Shown here: positions 12,094 through 24,599 of the stretch, piece by piece | How positions within the stretch are numbered: the first letter of the stretch is position 1 | Layout: the number at the start of each line of letters is the position of its first letter | Assembly (NCBI GenBank): GCA_977018835.1 | Contig: OZ361256.1 | Span: 3,472,001-3,536,000, forward strand | Source of the DNA: Minutocellus sp. GHC0000111 | Lineage: Eukaryota | Direction: 5' to 3' | DNA: 64,000 bases | Made by a program: the position numbers and the translations under genes | Notes under the pieces: model-generated | Seen by the model: only the letters and a program-made list of their open reading frames with translations | What the model was told of the DNA's origin: nothing | The model's database searches: none

Positions 12094-13122
12094 TTATCGA
12101 GCCTCACCTCGAAGTTCGTAAGTCAATGATAAACGCGCTCTTTCCAGCCGATTCCTGACTCTGTGGACACAGGCACTCGTATTCGTGAGCGTACTGCCCA
12201 TAGAGGTGTGCACGTCTTCCCCCTGTCTCCCCGACATCGCAGCCAGTGCCTCCTTCAACTGATCGCCTGCCATTACGCAAACCAAATCACTGCAGCCACT
12301 GCAACGTTCAACGAGTAGAGCTTCGGCCTTGGCAATCATTTCCGGACAGACGTATCGATTGGACTCGCGACAAAATACCTCGAGGCCAGGCACATGAGTC
12401 AGAGCGACGCATATTAGAATCCCCCTATCAACGTGCTCGGAACAGTTCTCGTTCCTCCTGCCGCCGTTATTGTTGTATAGGAAATAATCAAGGGGACAGT
12501 ACAGTGCTTCATTCATGGATCGTGGAATGAAAAGATTACCACTTTTGCCTGGAGCAGCATCAGTCATTGATAATGATGATGTCTTTTGTCGTTTCCTACG
12601 ATGGCCAGTGTCACAGTCACTATTAATACCTACTGACACAACCGCCCGCTGTGTTCGATCACTGTCGTTAAAGGATGGCTCCTCCATTTCATCTGGAGCA
12701 CTGCGAGTAGTGGCAGCAACAGCAACTGCATTCAGCTCGTCCAAACAATCGATGAGCAATGCGTGCAACCTACTGGCCACATCGATCGATGACCGACGGA
12801 GATGACCTCCGTCTAAGTCATCTGGCCAGGGCTGAAGCTCTTTTGCTTGATCCGAACATATCGACCGAAAGAGGCGCTTCGCATCGGACAGGACGTTGTG
12901 CCCGTAAAGTGCGCCGTTGGCGATCCGGCGACGGGCGTCCCCATGCTCATGGCCAGCAACGTGCTTGTCATCGTCATCAAGCACAGTGGAACCAAAGAAT
13001 TGCTTGGCTGCCAGCCAAGAGCTTTGGATGGACTTGGCAGTGGAAGACTCCACGCGGAGAATGGCATATGAGCGACGCAGGATGGAGAGCGCGGCTTCCT
13101 CCGTAGTTGTACAGACCTCCAT
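12094..13122 (-). CDS. 2-oxoglutarate/Fe(II)-dependent oxygenase (IPNS-like fold)
   Basis: 342-aa single-exon ORF with HxD (EHVDRGIL), distal H (ACVHRV) and RxS (RLSLTYELR). Confidence 0.75.
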   Translation of the reverse strand: MEVCTTTEEAALSILRRSYAILRVESSTAKSIQSSWLAAKQFFGSTVLDDDDKHVAGHEHGDARRRIANGALYGHNVLSDAKRLFRSICSDQAKELQPWPDDLDGGHLRRSSIDVASRLHALLIDCLDELNAVAVAATTRSAPDEMEEPSFNDSDRTQRAVVSVGINSDCDTGHRRKRQKTSSLSMTDAAPGKSGNLFIPRSMNEALYCPLDYFLYNNNGGRRNENCSEHVDRGILICVALTHVPGLEVFCRESNRYVCPEMIAKAEALLVERCSGCSDLVCVMAGDQLKEALAAMSGRQGEDVHTSMGSTLTNTSACVHRVRNRLERARLSLTYELRGEAR

Positions 13123-13334
13123 GTCCGTCCGGCCAGGCAGTGGTCAGTCGGCAGCTCTAGCACGCATGCGCATGATCTTATCTTGAGACCAGACACTTCA
13201 TGGCTTTCTGGTGCAGGCAGCAGCAGTGCAGCAGCTCCTCGCTGACTCTTTTTTCCTTTTCTTCCTTCATAGCATCTTCCTCTTCTTTTTTCGTCTAATT
13301 CTGCAACAACCTTACGAGCTCGTACACTCCAGCC

Positions 13335-13370
13335 GTACCTAGGTAGCCTACCTAGGCCTAGGTAGGGCCG
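13335..13370. repeat. Palindrome patch in a divergent promoter region
   Basis: Perfect 20-bp palindrome CCTACCTAGGCCTAGGTAGG 13347-13366, preceded by TACCTAGGTA 13336-13345. Confidence 0.85.
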
Positions 13371-13449
13371 TCGAGCAGCACATGATATCGGGGGCCGTTG
13401 CATAGCATAGACGTAGCAGATACGCGCACAAACACAGTAAGCAGGCACC

Positions 13450-14923
13450 ATGGCGTCGAGCAGCGTGGGGATTAGCATCAATGGAGCAGGCAGCAGCAGA
13501 TCTCCTCGAGGCTCCAGCACCACCAGTCCATCGCGGAAACGACCCCATAATTTCATGAGGCAGCAAAACGAGGATCCAAAACTCCACTCGTCCTCCCTCA
13601 CCCGCTTGATGGGGAAGCTCATCATTATGGCCCAAACCAAGTACTGGTGCCGGCTCACTTCCCAGGTGGTCTGTGCCCTGGTATGCGTGGGGGTGCTCCA
13701 GCACTGTAGACGTCAATCTCTTCATCTTCAATCTCGTACGCATATTCTTCGGGGGCACGCCATTTCCCCGGGTTGTTGGCTACTCGAAAGCCACAGGGCA
13801 CGTCATCCTGTTTGTTCCATGTAATCCACCTAGCACGGTTGAAATCGTACGAGCAAATACAGCTGCAGAAGCTTCGGATTGCGACGCAGGTTCTTACCTC
13901 CATTGCCACCATGCATAACTTCGATAAGGAGGGCCAGGCTTCGATCATTTCATCTCGATCTTGCAACCCCCTATCATTGTCATACTTGTCCAGTAAGTCG
14001 TTGACAAAGTTCTCAATGTCCCCACCATCGGCGTAATCCACCACGGCGGTCACACCACAGAATCCATAGATTTTCCCAGTCCTTCCCCGTCGTCCGCCTC
14101 CTCGACTCCGTGTAATCGTGCCAGTAGTTCCACCAGTGCTTTTAACGCTTGGTCTTGAGGACCTTCATCGACCCATCGTACTCCATGATGGCAAAGATGT
14201 CCACCCAACCGCCTTTGTTAATCAAGAAGGGGACCGGATCGCCCTGACCGAAGCTCTCGTGAATGCCGTTGCATTGCGGAAACGATGTCTTCTGCCAGTC
14301 ATGCTGATAGTCGCACGGAGCCTCCGGAACTTCGCGCATGTACCGACCTATCTTTTCCGACCGTTTCCGCCTCTCGGTCCGTCTCATCAAGGCATCGACC
14401 TTGTCGGACATGGGCTCGTCCAGCTCTGCACCCTCTCGTAGGGCTAGCCTTTCTCCTGCCGCCCTGGCCTTGTCCTGACGGATGGGACCTCCCCCGTCGG
14501 CCCACCCTGTGTCGGGACTAAAATAGTAAAACAATGTCCGCGGATGGACCGGAGGAGATGTGATGTTGAGCACATTGGGCGCCGAGGTCAGCCGTTCCAT
14601 TGCCAAGGCATCTCGTCGGTAGCGATCAAAGTTCCGATCAGTGAATTCATGCCTATAATTATTTGCTGACACTGAAGAAGCCTTTTGATGACGAGGACCA
14701 AAAGGATGCCAAGAAGCTGGTGATGAAGGGGAAGCGGCCGCCCTTGCCCAAGCGATTTCGGGAGCCGACGCATCGAGTGGATCTGGTACTGCTCAAGGCA
14801 ATGAATTGGTGTTGGACTCATGATCCAGCCGAAAGGCCAAGCGCCCGTGCTGTTGCAGATCTTTTGGAGAATGAACTTGGCATCATTGAAATAAAGCAGA
14901 AGCACGGGGGAAGAATAGATTAA
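13450..14923 (+). pseudogene. Diatom-type membrane-anchored protein kinase, internally inverted and scrambled, catalytic loop deleted
   Basis: N-terminus with TM-like helix on + (13450-13706) and kinase C-terminus (WCWTHDPAERPSA) on + (14660-14923). Internal subdomains (DWQKTSFPQCNGIHE, VLKT, AMERLTSAP, IYGFCG, DFNRAR, RAPEEY, DVYS) are on - and out of order. Confidence 0.85.
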
Positions 14924-15059
14924 CGAATAGGAGTCATTGATAATATGCTACAAGCACGCATTGCACCTCACTGCTAATCGTTGCTACGTGGCAATGTCCA
15001 ATAGGATACTTGTATCACCTACAACAAACGAAAGAAATTGTCCTATACTAGTAACAATG

Positions 15060-15965
15060 TCATTGTCTATCCTTTAATGGTGCTTCCGTCGTCATTTCTA
15101 CCTCGTCCATATCGGCATCATCCGCAGCTGAAGCACTGCCATCTTTTTCTAATTGGACATTACCCCCAAGCTCCATCACATGGCTTTGGTCGCTGGCCTG
15201 TTTGACGTATTCTGAAGCTTGGTAAGCGAGCCTCTGTTTCTCTTCCGACGTTAGGTCTCTCAACTTCTTCGCTGGATTACCGGCCCATAGCTCACCGCTC
15301 TTCACAACCACATTCCGTCCAATGACGGCACCGGCAGCGACGAGACTTTGAGCCTCCACCTTTGATCCGGGATTGAGGATGGACCCCATGCCGATGAGGC
15401 AGCCATCTTCGACCGTCGCGCTGTTGATGTGAGCTCCGTGTCCGATTGTCACTCCATTACCGATGAGACAGTGATCCTCAACGGCTGTGATGACGCAGCC
15501 ATCCTGCACGTTCGTGTTCGCGCCGATATAAATTCCTCCGCCATTGGCGGTTCCGTCCCAGCTCAGATCCTTCTGCGACGATCGTTCGTCTCGAGAGAGG
15601 CCTCGCCACGTGTCCTCGGCGTCCGACCGATGTCCCATTCCGTTGTTCGATCTGTCGCCTCTGAGTACTGAACCATACCAAACCGACGATCCTGGACCTA
15701 TGCGGACTGTCCCGATCAACGTGGAACACGGCGCTATGTAGGCAACATCCTCGGACACCTCCGGGGCTCCTCTGCGGAGGAGAGGCATCTGGTTCCTGTT
15801 GCGGGACAAATGATCATTGTACCTGTACGGGGGATCGCCCAGACTTTTGGTTGTGGTTGCATGAGTGATTCCCCAAACACCGGCTCTGTCGATGGCTTGC
15901 CCCGTTTCGCGAAATGCCCGTCCGAGGACTTGGCGAAGCCGAGCCACAATCGTTGGTGGGGGCAT
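15060..15965 (-). CDS. Gamma carbonic anhydrase-like protein (mitochondrial complex I type, left-handed beta-helix)
   Basis: 301 aa; GRAFRETGQAIDRAG N-terminus, SSVWYGSVLRGD, NVQDG, TIGHG, hexapeptide repeats, LWAGNPAK; not all three Zn-binding His are evident. Confidence 0.9.
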   Translation of the reverse strand: MPPPTIVARLRQVLGRAFRETGQAIDRAGVWGITHATTTKSLGDPPYRYNDHLSRNRNQMPLLRRGAPEVSEDVAYIAPCSTLIGTVRIGPGSSVWYGSVLRGDRSNNGMGHRSDAEDTWRGLSRDERSSQKDLSWDGTANGGGIYIGANTNVQDGCVITAVEDHCLIGNGVTIGHGAHINSATVEDGCLIGMGSILNPGSKVEAQSLVAAGAVIGRNVVVKSGELWAGNPAKKLRDLTSEEKQRLAYQASEYVKQASDQSHVMELGGNVQLEKDGSASAADDADMDEVEMTTEAPLKDRQ

Positions 15966-16433
15966 TTTTGCGAATAAGCAAGTAGTACAGGCGAATGAAT
16001 GATGATTGGGATTTGGACCTCATGGCGCACTGATGATGGACAGACTGTCGAAAGCCGTACGTACGATACGATACGATCGACTGACTCGACCCGACTGTCG
16101 CAAAGCAAATTCTTTGCCAAAGGAAGATGCTCATTGATCGAATGAATCGGAGGGGTAGATCTACCGGTACCAATGAATGAATCGGTATCAATTCATTCAT
16201 CGTAACAGCAAAGAGTAAGCTATCTACTGATTAGCCACGTAGCTACTTGATAGTACGTGGACTACGTGGAGCACGCGTACCGGTAATATGTGGTAATCCA
16301 AAGCCTTTCCCGATACGCATAAAACATTCAAATTCTTTTTTTGCTAATACATGTAATACGGTAAATTAATTTTGTGGAATATTTTTATGGATTCTCGATC
16401 CATGCGGAGACCGCCTCCCTCAACCGACTAAAC

Positions 16434-19400
16434 TCAACCACGACGAAATGCATCCGTCAGTTTCCTCCACAGACTATCGGTCGTCCACCAACTTGAACTT
16501 TCCCTGTCGTCCTCACAGGCCTCCATGCAGTTCAATACATAGCGGAATTTACACGCCTTTGTTGCATCGCCCTTGTTGCCGCCGGCAGCGCATGCATCTG
16601 GAATGGTCAGAGCAGATTCGTCCGTTTGGTAGAAAATACCCGTTGCAGTCTCGTCTACCGCATAGATATCTATGAGAGCAAGACCTTCTGTGCACTTTGC
16701 TGTAAAGGCGTTGACGATACCACAATCAGGCCTGGAGGTTTTGAAGCACTCCAATTCGCCATTCTCGGGAACAACGAAATCAGCAGCGATCCAATCCATC
16801 TTGTTGTTGGTAGAAGAGCCGTAGTTGCACTCCTTCCACACCTGTGACAGAGTGAAGGTGACAGTCTTGCCGCTGCGTGATATTATATCAAGAGGAAGCT
16901 TTTCTGAAGGATTGCACTGATCTGCGCTTAACCTCCGAACATTTGCAATCGGGACGCCCATCCTGCAAGAAGGAATGTCGTCGTCCTTGGGCGTGTCGAC
17001 TTCTTCGGTCGCCGCCTTTGTTTCGGATGATTTGGAGGACCGTGGCTGTGTCAATTGGACTTTGGAGTTGTGCTTCTTGTAAGATGAAAACAATTCTTCC
17101 ATCCTACGCTCCATCAATCTGCGGGTGCTTGGGCAAATGGGTGCCCCACCATCGGCGCCAAAGACAGCGGGATTATCCCAATTATTTGATACAGAATCCG
17201 AATCGCGAATGCACATATAGTCTTGGTCTGCCACGGACGTTCCGTTTCCATAGTAAGCGGTTCCGTTGCCCACAATATTTCCACCGTCGGGGACGGGAGA
17301 AGAAGGATCGCCGTCGAGGCAGTTGAAATCAGCACAGCAAATATTCTGGGAACCAGTGCCTCCACATCCTGCAGAGCCACAAACATTCTTGCATGTGTTG
17401 CCGTTGCAACTGACCTGGCCATTATCGGCAATACAGCTATTATTTCGAAGGTCGTCGGCGAGGCCTGGGCAGTCATATAGGCCCTCTGCAATGAAAACAA
17501 AGAAAGGAACATGGATGGGTGAGTTCATGAATCAATACATTCAAACTTTCATGTGTGCATGTGAGCATGTGACCATCACAAAAGGAAGAATGAAGAGGAA
17601 ATAAAGTACCAACTTTCCCATTGCTAACTCACTTAGTCTCTGACCGAACATGCAAAAAGTCGCTGGAACATCTGTGCCTTGACTGTTGAAATCCGAAAGA
17701 CAGTCGCCGCAATTGACGCTGCAGGTGCTGGTAGCTTTGACTCCAATTTGGGTCCTAACACAGCCACTTGTAGCGGGACAGCACTTGGCACGATTGTCAG
17801 TTTTTCCAGTGACAACGGCATAAGCTTCGTCGCACAAGGTCTTCTTGTCCGCAGTACAAACGCCTGAATCGACGCACGTCCCATTTGTATTAGCGCCAAC
17901 AATGATGCAGTCTGTATCGACAGGACAGGTCGTATTCGTTGTGGTACAAGTCTGACAATTACTTTCGTTGTTTTCGTCGACATTATTGCATTCAGCGTCA
18001 ACTTTGTTGTAATCCGATGCATCGGGGTCTGTTTCGTTGTATGTGGTGCAGGCCCTTCCACAATCGCAAGCAAATGAACACCCAACATCATTGCTTGCGC
18101 TTTGGCCAGTGCCTGCGTCGTTTCTCACTAAACAACCCTGGCACTTGCATCTACAATTACCTGAATTATCACGATCATCAAAATTACAAATTCCTCCACC
18201 ACAGTGCGAATCGCTGTAATAGAATACCAGAAACAAAAGAGCATATCATGTAGGTGAGTATTGTGAAATGAAAGTTGAGAAGTGTTTGAGAGACAACAAT
18301 TTATTACGGCTTTGTAATGATGTAAAATTTGATTCATTCCTTCCACACGAAATCATATCTCCACTGTTGTCCACTTTGTAACCGGAGATCGAGGGTTGCA
18401 TGCTTGGGGCGCTACTTGGGTACAGGCTCGGTCCAGCGGAAGGTGATAACGAGGGCATGTCACTGGGTTGGCTAGAAGGGAGCAGCGATGGTGAAGCAGA
18501 AGGCGATGACGACGGATCGCGCGTCTTTGGGGTAGGATTGCCACTTGGCGAAGAAGACGGTCTTTGACTTGGCTCGGCGGATGGCACAAAACTAGGCGAT
18601 GACGACGGAGATGAGCTCGGCTCTTTCGAAGGATGTGAGCTTGGTACCTGGCTAGGATCACTGGACGGTAAAAGACTAGGTTCGTCAGATGGCACAACAG
18701 ATGGCGACGAGGTAGGCTCGCTCGACGGGTCAGAGCTTGGTGACAGGGATGGATTGGAGCTCGGATCGTCAGAGGGAGAGCTGCTGGGAACATTCGATGG
18801 CATGGAACTGGGTACCGTTGTAGCATCACCGATGCGAAGAAATTGAGGGTCCTCGTAATAACCAGAACTTTCACAAGTTCCGTTGAGTGGAGGGCAGGAC
18901 CGTGGCTTACTGTACATCACATCGAATCTGTAATCAGGACAACTAGGGAGACCGGATGAACCGCAGGGATAGATGGCGACTTGGCGAGTGAAAATCTCCT
19001 GCTTCACAGTCCCATCTGCTATGGTGACATTCTCGACAACATCAGTAGTATCCAAAGTAAAATACGACGGATCCAGGGCAAACCCTGGAGCAGAAAATTT
19101 CTCATGAATTTCGAGGGTGTGGTCGACATCATCATCATTGTGAATGTAGTACACAAAGTGAAATTCAAGGACGACAAAATCACCAGCGAGGATTTCATTT
19201 TCGTATAACTTTCCAACCTCAACGCAAAATCTTTCAGATGAGAGCCCAGTTGTTGCATTCGTATATGTGAAAGAACAATTGACACCGGCAATATAAGGGC
19301 AAATTTCTCCACAAGAAGGAGAATTACTTGGGGAGGAAGAAGGGTATGAAGACGGATCACTGCTCGGCTCCGACGACGGCATACTCGACGGTGAGCTACT

Positions 19401-22400
19401 AGGCTCAAGAGACGGTACGTCAGTTGGCTGTCCCGTCGGTGGCTTCGAAGGCATCGACGATGGAGATGAGCTAGGCTCACTGCTTGGATCAGACGACGGC
19501 GACGAGCTAGGCATACTCGACGGTGACGAGCTGGGCTCACTGCTTGGCTCCGACGATGGATCCGAAGACGGATCACTGCTCGGCTCCGACGACGGCGTAC
19601 TCGACGGTGAGCTACTAGGCTCAAGAGACGGTACGTCAGTTGGCTGTCCCGTCGGTGGCTTCGAAGGCATCGACGATGGAGATGAGCTAGGCTCACTGCT
19701 TGGATCAGACGACGGCGACAAGCTAGGCATACTCGACGGTGACGAGCTGGGCTCACTGCTTGGCTCCGACGATGGATCCGAAGACGGATCACTGCTCGGC
19801 TCCGACGACGGCGTACTCGACGGTGAGCTACTAGGCTCAAGAGACGGTACGTCAGTTGGCTGTCCCGTCGGTTGCTTCGAAGGCATCGACGATGGAGATG
19901 AGCTAGGCTCACTACTTGGATCAGACGACGGCGACAAGCTAGGCATACTTGATGGGTCAGAGCTCGGTACGGACGAAGGAGCAGGCGTCGGACCTCGAGT
20001 TGGAGGGCTCGTAGGATCTGATGAAGGGTTTGTGCTCGGCCTTGAAGACGGTACAAATGAAGGTCTATCGCTCGGCCCATTCGTCGTGTCTAGATCTGGT
20101 GGCGGATAAATAAATTGTGGAGGGTCAAGATCACCAACAACCACAATCGTCACCGTAGCCTCATCCCTACCGCCTTTGCCATCCGAGATGGTGTAAGTAG
20201 CCGTCTCGACGAACGTCTCACCGTCCCTCAGCCCGTCGGCATACTCCGAAGCGGAATAGGTCATGCCACCGGTCTCAGGATTGACCGTCATCTCGCCACC
20301 TGACGGGAAAGACACCGAAAACGTCGAGGATGGATTGCTGATCGGGCCAGTGCCATCGCCCTTATCAAAACCAACGATGGTGAGCTTGTCCGTCTCCGGA
20401 TCACTGTCGTTGGGAGCAATAATGTTGGACGAAACGGAGGGATTGTCCGCAGTGACGCGATACGAATCATCCTCCGCCACGGGAGGATCGTTCTCACCCG
20501 TGATCTCGATGCAAACCTCTGCCGATGCGGATGCTCCGACGACATCGCACACCAAGTACGTGAAGCATACTTCGGCGGTCTCGCCCACACCCAGACTCTC
20601 AAAGTCGCCGTTCGAGGTCGAGAAAGTGTAGCAGCCATCGCTGTTGATGGAAAGCGTGCCGCCCTCCGGCATCTGTCGAGGACCACCACCGACCGGAATC
20701 AAAGCACCGGAGGAGTCTACCACTCCGCCATCACAAAACGTGAGGCTATCACCCTCATCTGGATCCGAATCATTCTCGCTGCGCGCAAGGGAAAGCAATT
20801 ATTGCAAGTCGAAATCAAGCATGACAGAGATTGAATGTGAGAACAAAGAAACAAAATATATGCATCAGGAGGGTACCGGACCTCGATACGTCGACCATGG
20901 GCGGCTAGCACAATGCATGAATACATAAAGACATACATACATACAACGAGAAGACAACACGAGAAAAGGCGAAGTTGTAACTCACAAGACACAGTCCGAG
21001 ACATCATTGCCCTCCGGCACAGTCTCGCTGTCATCCTCGGGGACAGGTGGATCATTCTGGCCAACGACGGTGAAGGTGACCGTCGCAATGTCCGTTCCGC
21101 CGTCCTCATCGGTAATAACATACGTAAGGATGTCAGTGATCTCTGACCCTGGTCCCAGAGCTTCAACCTTATCACGATCGGGAGTGTACACAATTCCACC
21201 CGAAACAGGATTGATCCTGATTACACCATTTGTCAGATCGTAGTCTATGCCAATTGCAGGCTGTACCGGCGTGTTTGTTCCACCATTTGGAGTGATGGAT
21301 GTGATGGTGAGGTCTCCCAATTCACCATCAGGATCGCTGTCGTTCTCCAGGATTTGACCAATAATAGTGCCGCCACCAGCTTCGAGCTGATCGACCGTCC
21401 GGGCGTAGGAGTTGTCCTCGGCAATCGGAGGGACATTGGTAGGCTTTGGGGTAGGCGCGGAACTTGGTTTGCTTGATGGGCTATCGATCGGTGAATCGGT
21501 AGGTGGTGGGGGCGGTGTTTGAGGGTTGACAAATTGAGGAGGGCTAGCAACGATCGTTACAGTCGTTGTCGCGGGTTGGCCGGCAGCGTCGACAATTTCA
21601 TAGTCAAAGACTTGTTCGTATGTATCCCCAGCTGGAATATCATTGATAAAGGCGCTGGTATCGAAAGTCATCTCTCCTGTTGCAGTATTGATAGTGACGA
21701 CAGCCTCCTTGCCTTTACCGTATGGTGTCATGAAGGTTGTGGTGATAATATCGTTCCCACTTTCGTCCGGCTGGGGGAACACCGCCACAGGATCCTCGCC
21801 AGGCATTCCAGGCTTTGTGATCTTCGTGACCGTGAGATCATCTCCATCTGGATCAGTATCATTTTCAAGAACAATGTTTGCATTGATAATGCTGTTGACC
21901 TTGGTGGCAGTGTTGTCAGGGTTGGCAACGGGCGGACTATTGCCCCCCTCGATAGTAATTGTCACGGTCGCCATGGCAGTCTGACCCATTGTATCGACAA
22001 TCTGATAAGTGAATGTCTCTACGAACGTCTCTCCAGCTGGGATGCTGGCAACCACATCACTGGCATCATAATCCATCTCGCCAGTCAGAGGATTTATCGT
22101 GACAACACCACCGCTGGGGAATGTAGCAGAAATAGTCCCCCCAGAAGGGGCGATATCAGTCATTTCTCGATTCGGCCCACCGGGGATAGTTATCTTGGTA
22201 ATGCTAATAACGTCACCGACGTCAATATCGAAATCATTGTCCAAGATATTATCCGAAACGGTGGGATTCGTAATGGTGGCCGTGTAGTCATCATCGATAG
22301 CTACGGGGGGATTCGGGCCAGGAGTAGGAGGAGCAGGAGGCGCGAAATCCGGATCCTCTGGTTCCTTGCACCGATTGGGCAACTTATCCACCAACGTGTC

Positions 22401-24599
22401 GTAGTCCTTGTCGTTCTCTGGCAACTCCTTTGGGCATTCGGGCTCGGGAGGTGGTTCCATATGGCTGCAAATGTAGTAATCATCAGGAAGGATCTGGTAG
22501 TTGGTAGAGGTACATATTGGCTTTACGTCGACATTGATAAGCTGGGGGCCGGCGGGTGTCGATGTGGGCAGCGGCTTAGCAGTACCCTTGGAATTACCCT
22601 GAAGGTCGCGCATAGCATCGTCGAAGGAATCGTCGAGGTCGCGTCCCTCGTCCTCAGCGAAGTCAGAATCAGCATCGAATGAGTCCTCCTCAGCGTCATC
22701 GTCACCTTCCACGAGATTGCGTGGACGTCCATCTCGATGCTTCTTGTAGGTATTGTAGTCATCGCTCGACGATCCACCTTTCCCACCACTACCACCGCCA
22801 CCAGCCTGGGTACGGTACGTCGACGCATGTCCACCCTTACCCTTACCACTGCCGGAGTTGTTATCAATGGGGAGAGGCGGCAATCTCTTCTGACCGGAAG
22901 GTCGTTCTTCGTCCTCCTCGGCAGGTCGTGTCACAATCATGCTTGGCGGCGCAGGAAACTTGCAGGTGAAGGATTCGCGGCAAACATAGTCGGGTCGATC
23001 GGCACAGAGGGCAGGACAGACAAACTTCATGTCCTTACAGAGATCATGATCTTCAGGAAGGATGTAGAGCTTGTCCTTGACATCGCCGGGCGAAACGAGC
23101 TGAGGGCCGCCTCCGCCCTTGGACTGCTCGGCGGCACGACGGTTGCCATCGTTGTCGTCGTTGCCCTTCCTACCGAATCCACCCCGCTTCGCAGACCAAC
23201 CCTAGAGCCAATTCTTTGTCTTCTGGACGCTGGAGGCAGGTTTGGCAGGGGAAAAGCTAGTCTGCTGCTGCATGCTGACACTCTCGGGGATGTCAGTCGT
23301 CTGCACATTTTCCCCCGGGTAGGCACAGCGCCAACGGAGGCGAGTATCGGCAGCGATAGGAGGACCAGAGACCATCTGAGGCCCATCGTCTTCGTCCTCG
23401 CTGACGTCGGTCTCCGATTGACCACCCTTGGAGTCCGACTGCTGCTGGGCCGAGACCTGATTGGGCCGGCCAGTATTGTCGTGCTGCTCCCTTGGCGCAT
23501 CGCGCTCAACCGAGTCACCTTGGACGGCCTCCTCGGCATCGCCAGAATCCCGAGTCCTGCTGGAAGCCCTGTCGGCAAATTCCTTGTCCTCGCTGCTGCT
23601 GGAAGCATCGCCCTCCCGATCCTGGATGTGGAAAGGAAGAGCCACATTGGGAGCTGCCTTATTCCGCGTGGGAGTGGCCGTCTTCGCATTCTTCTTCTCG
23701 CGTATCTCTTCGGCTCGATCGGAGAGGGTTTGGCCACGCTTGCGGCGGCGGCGACGCCTCAGACGAAGGCGTAGCTCCTTCTTGGTCAGGGTCGTCCCCT
23801 TCTTGGTGGCACCCTCGCGATTGCGCTCCTTGGTCTGAACGTACTTGCGCTTGGCCAGGCTTCGTCCTTTCTTGGTTTTACCGTCTGCGGCGGCAGCGGC
23901 GGACTTGGCGTCGACGTCGGCCTTGGCGTCGGCCTCAACCTCGACACTTTTTGCATCAGCAGTCGAAGAAGTATCATCGACGGCACTACTGGCACTGGAA
24001 GAGTCGGCGGTAGAGGCGACGGGAGACGATGGCGACGACGGAGACGAGACGAAGAGGTTGCGGACGAACGAGACGGCGGTATCGACGAACGACGTCGCAG
24101 CGTCATCACCTTCATCTTCAACACCCGGCCGACTGGCAGCAGCCTCAACGCCAGTATCATCGTCATCGTCGTCGCCGATCAGCCCATCAAAGATGCCTTC
24201 GTCGCCTTCTTTTTCCTCATCGGGCGAATCGGCGGCGTCATCTGCATCGGACGACAGGTTGGAGAGGCCACCGAGACTGACCTGCTGGTCAGAGTCAGAG
24301 TCAGCGGCGGCGGAGGAAGCTGCGTCCTCCACAGCTACAGACGACTTGCATGTGGTCGTCGCGTCCGCCGCCTTCTTGTCGTCGTCGTTTTCGGTGGCGG
24401 CTGCAGCAGCCGATGCCGACGCTGCTGCAACAACACCTCCAGGCGACGAGGAGAGGGAGATGGCCAAGAGGAGGAAGGTCCCGAGGAGGACCATCCCCGA
24501 GCCATGTCTGCGACGACGGGCAGAAACAGCCGTCGGCGCATTGCATGTATCAGCCGGGGCACCGGCAGCAGCCTCGGCTGCTGCCAATGAAAGCTTCAT
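16434..24599 (-). pseudogene. Giant secreted adhesin-like protein: five cadherin-like/Big_9-type Ig repeats, PSSxPS stalks, Cys-rich domains; carries a premature stop and a non-canonical donor
   Basis: Exons ~24599..20986, 20778..18340, 18213..17633, 17485..16434. In-frame TAG 23202-23204 with open continuation. The intron 18339..18214 begins GA instead of GT. Repeats follow PPVAxDD..NILxNDxDPD..ETFTYxIxD..ATVTI. Confidence 0.8.
19347..19950 (-). repeat. Coding tandem repeat, 216-bp (72-aa) period, about 3 near-identical copies (PSSxPS/PTGQPTDV)
   Basis: GACGGTACGTCAGTTGG recurs at 19411, 19627 and 19843; built from 12-bp subunits. Confidence 0.9.

Noticed and set aside
19347..19950. Possible CRISPR-like or satellite array
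   Set aside because: No unique spacers; it is an in-frame coding repeat for PSSxPS units in a eukaryotic gene.
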